From positions 11,346,001-11,410,000 of the forward strand of contig NC_043008.1 in the NCBI RefSeq assembly GCF_006345805.1: DNA of 64,000 nucleotides, written 5' to 3'. Made by a program: the position numbers and the translations under genes. This document shows, piece after piece, positions 54,214 through 64,000 of the stretch. A model generated the notes under the pieces. That model saw only the letters and a program-made list of their open reading frames with translations. It was not told the origin of the DNA and did not search any database. The stretch comes from Octopus sinensis (Eukaryota). Each line of letters begins with the position of its first letter. Position 1 is the stretch's first letter.

Positions 54214-54790
54214 GGCGGCGAGCTAACAGAAACGTTAGCACGCCGGGCGAAATGCTTAACGGTATTTCATCTGTTCAGAGTTCAAATTCCGACGAGCTCG
54301 ACTTTGCCTTTCATCCTTTCGGGGTCGATAAATTAAGGACCACTCACGCACTAGGGTCGATGTAATCGACTCAACCCGTTTGTCGGTCCTCGTTTGTCCT
54401 CTATGTGTTCAGCCATTTGTGGGTAGTAAAGAAATAGGTATTTCGTCTGTCGCTGCGTTCTGAGTTCAAATTCCGCCGAGGTCGACTTTGCCTTTCAACC
54501 TTTCGGGGTCGATAAATTAAGTACCAGTTACGCACTGGAGTCGATGTTATAGACGTAATCCGTTTGTCTGTCTTTGTTTGTCCTCTCTGTGTTTGGCCCC
54601 TTGTGGGTAGTAAAGAAATAGGTATTTCACTCATTTTCACATTCTGAGTTCAAATTTCGCCGAGGTCAACTTTGCCTTTAATCCATTCGGAGCCGAAAAA
54701 TTATATATCAGTTGCGTACTGGAGTCGACCTAATCGACAGGCTCCCTCCCTCAAAATTTCGGGCTTTGTGCCTATTACGGAAAGGATTAT
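54214..54790 (+). mobile_element. Head-to-tail trimer of SINE family C
   Basis: One full unit plus two 5'-truncated units, each starting at GGTATTTC. Confidence 0.85.
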
Positions 54791-55929
54791 TACAAACCAG
54801 ATTTAAAAATCAATGTCAATAAAATTGATGCAATATTTTAATATAATTTTATGACTGTTTGTTTTATTTTTTCGAAAACATTACTATATCAGAAAAAACG
54901 AAAATTATATTATAGTATATACTTTTCACAATTTGCTGCCTGATTGTCCGGATATAATACTATAGCAACTTCATGCAAGCACCGAAAAGTATATATTTTA
55001 ACCAAAGTTACCCATTATAGAATATATTGCTATGCATGAATGGTTATTTCCGATTATTGCCAAGAAAAATGCATTACTGCGAAAAAATGTAAGTCAATGT
55101 ATTTTATACACACATATACAGACGCACATACATACACATACATACACACACACTCACACATCGTGTGTATATGCATTTCGTCCATCTTTTCCATTAAAAA
55201 CTTTAAGTGAAGTTTTATTAGCTTATCCTGTGTGAATTGGGACTGATTCCGTTCCATCGTAGATGGCAAAGTTTAAATTACTTAGCTAGAACTTTGTAGT
55301 TCTTTATATGTACACACATATAGCTATGCACACATACAAACACGCACGCACACACACACACACACAAACATAAACAGAAGCACATATATGTATGTATATA
55401 TATATATATATGTATGTATATCTATATATATATATATATATGTATATCTACATATAATATATATATGTATGTATATCTATATATATATATATATATGTAT
55501 ATCTACATATAATATATATATGTATGTATGTATATATATATATATATATACATTTTGTATATATATATATATGTATGTATCTACATCTATATCTATATCT
55601 ATCTATCTATCTATCTATCTATCTCTCTCTATCTCTCTCTATATAAATATATATATACATACACACATACATATATAAATATATATGTATATCTTTCTAT
55701 CTATCTAACTATCTATCTATATATTTTGTTTCCGGGGTTAAATAAAAAGGCAACAAACGGAAAATATGATACACCTATATATATATAATTTAAAAATTAT
55801 GTGTAGTAAATAAACAAACAAACATATACTTAATACACAGAGGAAAAGAAAACACAGACGGTCTCCAATTCTTCATTAGTAATCGGCCAGAGTGGTCAAA
55901 CGCAATTTCAGCCATTATCGATTATATTG

Positions 55930-56270
55930 CTTCAACTCTGGAGGCACCGAAAAGAAATTTTCCTATGGATAGGACTAACACATAACAAAGCGAGACGGAC
56001 TCGAGACGAGACCGTTACTTGACGGACGAGGGGCATTATAATAAAGAGAATAAAGGCTTCAGGCTTCACGAAGACAACAATTAAGCCTTGGGGCTGCAAG
56101 ACAAGGCAAAAGTGGATAACATGAATGAGAGATGAAAATTGTACAATAGGACCATAGACACGGGAGGCGTAGAGCGAGGAGTTCAGAAAATCGTGTCGAG
56201 TGCGGTCGAAGGAAACGCGAAAAAGAATGACTCCGTCTTGCGTTGTCACAGGTCACGTGATACTGGGAAG
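55930..56270. promoter_or_regulatory. CpG-rich candidate promoter or first exon with a palindromic E-box
   Basis: Visibly CpG-dense against the AT-rich background; TCACGTGA at 56253-56260; minus-strand donor-like CAA|GTAACG at 56013-56018. Confidence 0.35.
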
Positions 56271-57056
56271 AAGGTAACAGAAAGAGAAAGAGAGAGAGAG
56301 AGTGAGTGAAAGAGAGAATGAAAGGAAATTAAAAGAAGCAAAGTGAAGGAAAGAGACAGAGCGGCATAAAAGTATTGCAAGAATATTTCTACAAATGGAC
56401 AAAAAGTAAATGAGTGCGTGCGTAACATAAATAATATTTTCATTATAAAGGCTGAAATTTCGTTTGACCCCTCTAACCGATAACTGATGAAGAATTGGAG
56501 ACCTGTGTTTTCTAAAATAGTGTACATTTAAGCACAAGAGAAACTACCTTTAACAGGTAATTTTACATGCTAGAAGTAGCAGTATAAACGACCAAAGCCA
56601 CATTTAAGTGCAATTTCTAAGGAAATGAAGAATAAAAACTTTTGGCTTGTTATTGTTTTACGGTAATACCTAGATTTCGAATTTTTATAGAAAATAAAAT
56701 AATTTGCTAGGCGAAATTCTCATCAGTAACCGCGACATAACATTAACATATAATTTAGAGACAATTAACACGTATCTCCTCATATGTTATAATACATCAA
56801 ATTCACCGCGCAAGCGTGGTTACAGTCGGCAGGAATAGACAAATGACGAACTGATCTTCGAAATGCTAAAAATCATATACGTAAAATATATAGGGTAGCG
56901 AATATTGTTAGAAATTTGAGTACCAGTGGCAGAACATGTATAAAAATGTCAATAGACAACACAAGAGGAACTACATTTAACAGGTAATTTTACACGCTAG
57001 AAGACCAAAACCACATTTAAGAGCAATTTCAAAGGGAATATATATATATATAATAT

Positions 57057-57059
<3 letters not shown>

Positions 57060-57148
<89 letters not shown>
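57060..57148. repeat. (AG)n microsatellite
   Basis: Direct reading. Confidence 0.97.
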
Positions 57149-58453
57149 ATTCCTGCAAATATTTAGAAAATATGTGATAACACTTTTAATTTTGTTATAG
57201 ATTTTAAATAAAGTTGTGTCAAATCATTGGACTATTGGAATATTCTAGAGATATATATTCACAATCTGTCTCAGATAATTCATATATAAAACTTTCATGC
57301 AAGCTTTTTTCACTTAATTATTTTAAGTTGTGTGTTTGAAATATTCTGATGTCTAAGTAATATTTCTTTCCAAATATTTCGTTGCTTGTGATTAGATTAC
57401 AAATAAAATGTTATTAAAATTTTGTTTATTTCTGATTAATAATGGTTCATAAACATCAAATTTGGTTTTAAATGAATTTATATTAAAATCTAATAAAAAA
57501 TAATTAAACTATTTATTTACTTAAAGCAAATATAACATAAAATTTAATAAGAAAGTTAACAAATTTGAACTCAAGATCAATACTTTTTTTTGACAGAAAC
57601 ACAAGGGTTATATAAAATGCAAATTTGATATTTCGAGACAACTCAATTAAAACGGAAACATAACATGAAACTGAAAGTAATTGTTTATTGTTTTAAAATT
57701 TTTGATGTAGACATATTTGGAAAGGATTTTCACTTTAAGCACGTGAATGTATGTAAATGACAATACACTATAAATATAGATTTGATAAGATTTAAATGGT
57801 TAGCTTTCTCTAGATTGTTCTTCTCGTATTATTAACGTTACCTATCAGTGACGTACGGGAGAGACCTCACGAAGGTCTACTAAGAAGTAAACCAATAGGT
57901 TTCAGCCGCTGTTGCATTCGTAGTTTAATCCTTGTATTAGATATATAAGGTCATAATATATCTCTCCCATGGCTATAATATGTCTTAATATACAAACACA
58001 TTACAGGTTTAGGTGGCATTTAATGTAGAATAATAAATTCGACAGCTGATGAGCATTTTAGAATAATGAAATAGCGTCGTACAATGTCACGTACTGTTGT
58101 AAGTCTCAAGAAAATAAATTGCATTTCCGGCTTAGTGATGTCTAATATCATTTATAATTTATCTTTTATTTCCTTCAGTCATTGAACAGCAACCATTCTG
58201 TGTAACCGACGTTAGTGGTTTAGTCGAAAAGAAAATCGACTCTTGTTTTTAAAGCCTTCTATGCAACGTATGCTGGCAATGGTCAACTTGTTTAAATTAT
58301 CACCAATACTGCTACACACAGCAGTATAAAAGATTCCTCGACCTGAATTACCTTCCCCTTTCATGTATGTATGTATGCATGTATGTATGTATGCATGTAT
58401 GTATGTATGCATGTATGTATGTATGTATGTATGTATGTATGTATGTATGTATG

Positions 58454-58490
<37 letters not shown>

Positions 58491-58501
<11 letters not shown>

Positions 58502-59352
58502 TAAGGGTAGAAATTGATATTTATCAATTAAGACCAGTGGTCTAGCATATTAAAAAAGAATCCGAAGATTAAAATATTTATATATACCAATTAGGTCTGA
58601 ACACGAAAAGTGGACAGTCAACATGCTAGATATAGACGTCAAATCGCCATTCACCACAAAAGATTATGTTCTCAGATCAAACTCAACACAAAACCATAGC
58701 AATAAACAAGTGAAAAATATACGAAATAAAATAATTACCCATGTACTAATTAGTTTCAGCTGTTATTTTCCGCAAGGAAAACTGCAGCCATCATCAGCAT
58801 GGTCCGTTATAAATGTAATTTGCTGGACTAGATGCAAACACGATACCGAAATATCGCGTGCATGGAGTTCAGCCTATTACATTTGAATATATCTTTCAAA
58901 TGCCTTTACTTTGGCGCGTTGAAACCCGAGAAAACTAGCCTGCAGCTAATAATTAGCAGCAGTTAATTTATCGGTTAGAGAACATATTTATTTATAAAAT
59001 TAACTAAGGGTAGAAATTGATATTTATCAATTAAGACCAGTGGTCTAGCATATTAAAAAAGAATCCGAAGATTAAAATATTTATATATACCAATTAAGGA
59101 CTGAACACGAAAAGTGGACAGTCAACATGCTAGATATAGACGTCAAATCGCCATTCACCACAAAAGATTAAACTGAAACTAATTAGTACATGGGTAATTA
59201 TTTTATTTCGTATATTTTTCACTTGTTTATTGCTATGGTTTTGTGTTGAGTTTGATCTGAGAACATAATCTTTTGTGGTGAATGGCGATTTGACGTCTAT
59301 ATCTAGCATGTTGACTGTCCACTTTTCGTGTTCAGTCCTTAATTGGTATATA
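58491..59352 (-). mobile_element. Penelope-like pseudo-LTR structure (tandem plus inverted copies), (TA)n-flanked
   Basis: 58491-58666 is directly repeated at 58994-59170; 59173-59352 is an inverted copy of ~58585-58759; contains the hammerhead. Confidence 0.75.
58739..58802 (-). ncRNA. Type I hammerhead ribozyme
   Basis: CCAUG-CUGAUGA-U-GGCUG[..UUUUCC uugc GGAAAA..]CAGCU-GAAA-CUAAUUAGU-A-CAUGG; complete core, stems I and II, palindromic stem III, GUA site. Confidence 0.8.
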
Positions 59353-59371
59353 TATATATATATATATATAT

Positions 59372-59666
59372 AAACAATTGCAGCGTGGAAGGTGTTTGTA
59401 AGCCATTTAAGAAACACACAAAAGCCGTTCGATTCACTTCAACATTTAAGTTTAATTTGTCAAAATATTTTCGTCGTTATAAGATCGCAACCTGTTCTCT
59501 GACAAAAATCCGTGCGGTGTTATAGCGACGAAATTATTTTGACAAATTAAACTTAAATGTTGAAGTGTGTTTCTTAAATGGCTTACAAACACCTTCCACG
59601 CTGCATTTGTTTTCGTTCCAGCACACGATCTTAGATCAAATCACTTGCTATGCAGTAAATCTCCGT
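59372..59666. mobile_element. Fold-back element F3 in (TA)n
   Basis: 59372-~59482 is inverted at ~59519-59613, with a 17-nt indel between the arms. Confidence 0.8.
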
Positions 59667-59675
59667 ATATATATA

Positions 59676-59706
<31 letters not shown>

Positions 59707-59714
59707 ATATATTC

Positions 59715-60101
59715 TTTTATTTGTTTCAGTCATTTGACTGCGGCTATGCTAGAGCACCGCTTTCAGTCGAACCAATCGACCCTAGGAGTTATTCTTTGTA
59801 AGCCTAGCACTTATTTTATCGGTTCTTTTGCCGAAACGCTGTTATGGGGGACGTAAAATCACCGACATCGATTGTCAAGCCATGATGGAGGAACAAACAC
59901 AGACGCACAAACATGCACACGCACGCACGCACACACGCACACACATATACTTCTTTTAGTCTCCGCCTACTAAATCCAGTCACAAACTTTCGTCGGTCCG
60001 TAGCTGTAGTAGAAGACACTTGCCCGAGATGCCACGCAGCTGGACTGAACCTGGAAGCATGCAGTTTGTAAACAATCTACTTACCACACAGCCACTCCTG
60101 A
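59715..60101 (-). mobile_element. SINE family A, diverged
   Basis: Body and head match the other copies. Confidence 0.85.
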
Positions 60102-60624
60102 GCCATGTAGGAATTGTTATGAGAGAATGAGAAAGAAAGTCTTAATATCAACTGTATTGAGCGTTTTATAACGATCTCCTAAAAACCATCTTGTCTTAAA
60201 CTCTATAACATCCATATATATATATAGTTATACACATTGTGAATCGATTAATAGGAGTAACAAAAAATTAAATATATTTCGCTGAATATCATCATAAAAT
60301 TCATTTCCTAACTGTTGACATAGGAAGTTTAACAAATGATGTGCTACTTAAAATGAATTCTCTAACGCCCCAACACCATCTCCATTTCATCAAAAATATA
60401 TTATCAACATATAAATATACTTGGATATATATTTACATATAAAATGAATATATTTATTTTATTGATAACATAGTTTTCTTTTGCCAACGGCTTTCTCCTT
60501 CTTTATATTTCTATTTATAATTCTAATTCTGAGGAACATGAATTTGTCGTATTTCTAGATTTCTTAAATAAAGAATTCATTGAGATATCATTCGCTTTGA
60601 TATAACAGAATAATTATCTCTATG

Positions 60625-60658
<34 letters not shown>

Positions 60659-60844
60659 ACACATACATATACACGTATATATATATATATGTGTGTATGT
60701 ATGTATGTGTGTATGTAGGTATGTGTATGTATGTGTGTATCTGTCCATCTCTCTCTCTCTCTCTATCTATCTATCAATCTATCTATCTATCTATCAATCT
60801 ATCTATCTATCAATCTACCTATATATCTGTAATTCTTATATTAA

Positions 60845-60985
60845 ACTTCCTCTGTCCCTGTCTATGTCTGTGTTCCTTTCTGCTGAAGAGCGTAGGCTCG
60901 AAAGGTAAAAGACTTTCTCACTTCCCGAGCGTTAACCTAATGCATCTGTTTATTGTTTACATACCCCTCTTCATCTTTTTTTCTT
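60845..60985 (+). mobile_element. Penelope-like P1-type fragment with a degenerate hammerhead motif
   Basis: CTTT CTGCTGA A GAGC gtag GCTC GAAA GGT A AAAG (60876-60911). Confidence 0.5.
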
Positions 60986-61440
60986 AGGTAAATTCTTCCG
61001 ATAGATCCCATGATTGAACACTGAATACAACATTATTAGTCTTGAGCGATCTCCTCATATAAGCGCTTCGTGCAACAGAGTAAAAATATAGATCGTAGTG
61101 GACGAAATGAGTTCGTCATGAGCTCCGGAATTCCCATATCCAGTGATTTCGATCCATTGGACTCCATGAGTTGGAAGCACAGGTCATCGCATGCCAGTCA
61201 AATGAAATAAATTCTCCTGAATTATGGATTAAAATTTTGGCACAAGGCCAGTAATTTCGGCGTAAGAGATAATACGAAAACATGGACACCACTGATCAAT
61301 TGGTACTTATTTCATCGATCACGCAAATATTGAAGGTAAAAATCACCGTCGAAGTCAATTTATTCATTTCATACAGCACCAAAACATGTAGAGTTGTGCC
61401 GCCCACACATATAAGTATAATGCGGAATATAAATGAAAGT

Positions 61441-61836
61441 TTACTCTTACTCTTTACTCTTTTACTTGTTTCAGTCATTTGACTGCGGCCATGCTGGAGC
61501 ACTGCCTTTAGTCGAGAAAATCGACCCCGGGACTTATTCTTTGTAAGCCCAGTACTTATTTTATCGGTCTCTTTTGCCGAACCGCCAAGTGGCGGGGACG
61601 TAAACACACCAGCATCGGTTGTCAAGCAATGCTAGGGGGACAAACACAGACACACAAACACACACACACACACATATATACGACAGGCTTCTTTCAGCTT
61701 CCGTCTACCAAATCCACTCACAAGGCATTGGTCGGCCCGGGGCTATAGCAGAAGACACTTACCCAAGGTGCCACGCAGTGGGACTGAACCCGGAACCATG
61801 TGGTTGGTTAGCAAGCTACTTACCATACAGCCACTG
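61441..61836 (-). mobile_element. SINE family A, full length
   Basis: Well-preserved copy. Confidence 0.92.
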
Positions 61837-62744
61837 TTAAATATTTCTTTAATTTTCAATTCCTGTAATAGATTCTGGATTATGCAATTTTAAATTGTGT
61901 CACTCTCTTTTTCGTAATACATACAGACACGAACACAGAAATATTTTCGTGTTTGTGAATGAGTTTTTGTGAGCATGTGTGTGTTTGTGTATGTGAGAGC
62001 ACGGATATATGTATACATATACACATGCATAGACGCAAAAGCACATACACACTCTCACACACGCATACACAGAGATATTTGCATTTATATATACATATGC
62101 ATACATATACATATATAAAAACAGGCTGTGTATTCTTACATATTATGAATATTCTTTTCCACCTAAAAAAAACAAGTTATCATTTCTCTGCAATTACTTA
62201 TTAAAGAAAACTACTTTTGCGTGGACTTTAGTTATATATGCACCATCGGATATGAAGCCTTGGAACGATAGAAAATATTCATATGTGTACCGAGATGGAT
62301 AAAACGAATTCGTTAGCCTATTTTCTCCAAGAGTCATTACACTTTTGCACGGGATATTGGTCTCCTCCGTCAGAAAGCGGCACTGTATAAATAAATCAAA
62401 AAGAAGCAGAAGCTTTTGAATAAAACAAATTGGAAACAGATTTATGAAATATGTGCATAAACCACGAAGAAGTAGATAGAGATGAATAGCAAGAGAGTGT
62501 GCTTTGAACTGGGGAAAGACAACTGAATGTCAGTCAGTGTGATTGGGAACACTAAAAACAATACCTGATAAACAGAAAAGGATGAATATGAAGATCGGGA
62601 ACGAAAAGAGCTATAGGTATGTGAGGTGGAGAGAAGCAGATACGGATGCATTGAAACAGAGAAAGTAAAAGACAAGATGAGACTGAAGTGTTTTTAGTGA
62701 GAGTGAGAGAAATAAACACAAACATACATGGATGTGTGTACTGC

Positions 62745-62950
62745 GTGTGTACCGTTGGCGATTTTTTTCCTCCGTCTTCCCTTCTTTGGATCTTTCTTTC
62801 TCCTATGTTTCCGACGAAGAGCTCCGCTCCAAACGTTAAATATTCCTTCCTTCTTTCCTTCTTTCCTGAGCGTCCAATAACACTATACTTGTTCCAAGTC
62901 CTCGCGTTGTTGTGCTTTCTCTTTGTGTTTTCATGTTTGGATTAACTATA
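62745..62950 (+). mobile_element. Penelope-like P1-type element, degenerate hammerhead
   Basis: CCGACGA A GAGC tcc GCTC CAAA CGTTAAA (62811-62840); homologous to 14640. Confidence 0.55.
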
Positions 62951-63000
62951 TATATATAAATATATATATATACATATATATGTGTGTGTGTGTGTGTGTG

Positions 63001-63031
<31 letters not shown>

Positions 63032-63589
63032 TGTGTGTGTGGCTCAGTGGTTAGAGCGTCGAGCTTACGATTCTTGAGATGTATATATATATGTATATAT
63101 ATGTGTGTGTGTATTTACGCATACATATTCATACGCACATATCACACACAAATACGCATACACATACCTATAGATGTTATACATCCATATATCATAGATA
63201 TGTACGCAGATAGTTCATTAGCCGTCCATTTTCCATTCAATTTAACCAATGTTTCCCTGTTTTCCAGTTATATTTAGGTAAATGCTTACATAGCAACGGT
63301 AGCTACATTTAGATCATTTGTAGTATAAAGGGATCTCTGAAAGAAAAGAAATTGGCCTTTATCGAAAATGCAGTATCAGAGTGTCTGCGTGTGCTCTAGC
63401 ACCAAAATAAAGTTCATAAATTACAGAAATCAATTAAATATCCAATGGACAACGTGCTGCAATATATGTTTGACATTAATGCCTTTGTATAAACTTCATG
63501 TCTCAAATGAATTTAATACAGAGGAAAAAGGCGAGCATTTTAATCAAATTTTCAGAAGACAAACAATATGCATTTGAATTTCTTTCCGA

Positions 63590-64000
63590 ATAACAACCTC
63601 TGGATCTTTTCGGTTTGAACGGCAATTTTTTTTTTTTTTTAGCGCTGTCATATGAAATTATCACCCATAATTATGACCCTCGTATCGATCTATTGCATTT
63701 CAATCTATTTTAGGGTTTGGGTTAGAGGTGGGGGGATCTTTTTTTCTTCACAAATGTAAATAAACTGAATCTGTTTCTTAAACGAGGGACATATTCATAC
63801 GCACAGAATTTTTTTTTTACCTCAATAGAAAGTCACTGATTGGTTGAAATTGCAAAAATTGAAGATAAATATCTTACAAACTATAGAATTTTCTCAATAA
63901 AGCCAAGAGCAAAAGATGTTTTATAAACACATTTTACCAACATACGAAGTTTAAAATTTTTTAGTTACCTATAAATTATGTTAAAAACTGACGTTCAAAC
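63590..64000. mobile_element. Helentron/HINE-like non-autonomous element, probably running past the window end
   Basis: Sub-terminal inverted repeats GTTTGAACGGCAATTTTT (63613-63630) and AAAAACTGACGTTCAAAC (63983-64000); internal AGGGTT-like repeat. Confidence 0.45.

Noticed and set aside
56450-56512. CTGATGA with an upstream GAAA as another hammerhead
   Set aside because: No stem II or stem I pairing, and the inverted partner copy reads CTAATGA
56535-57040. ~85-bp diverged direct repeat, and a ~30-bp one at 5523/5581
   Set aside because: Ordinary local duplications with no coding or structural signature seen

Overview
AT-rich, repeat-dense animal genomic DNA. The SINE families and microsatellite load point to Octopus (inference from recognising the repeats). 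No intact host gene could be identified, and nearly all listed ORFs are microsatellite read-through. The recognisable content is mobile DNA. There are five pieces of R4/Dong-type RLE LINEs, all abutting (TAA)n, a Tx1/L1-like and an RTE-like 3' end, and many tRNA-headed SINEs. There are also two non-autonomous Helitrons, a Helentron-like element, an hAT (SPIN/GTF2IRD2-type) transposase relic and small MITEs. The most striking signal is a set of short fold-back or tandem-plus-inverted elements, most of them lodged in (TA)n, that carry hammerhead-ribozyme folds with palindromic stem III. One is fully canonical (58739-58802, minus strand) and several have variant cores, as expected for Penelope-like pLTR or retrozyme derivatives. 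Weak candidate promoter and exon signals (an RFX X-box, a CpG-rich E-box region) and scattered decayed plus-strand ORF remnants remain unexplained.
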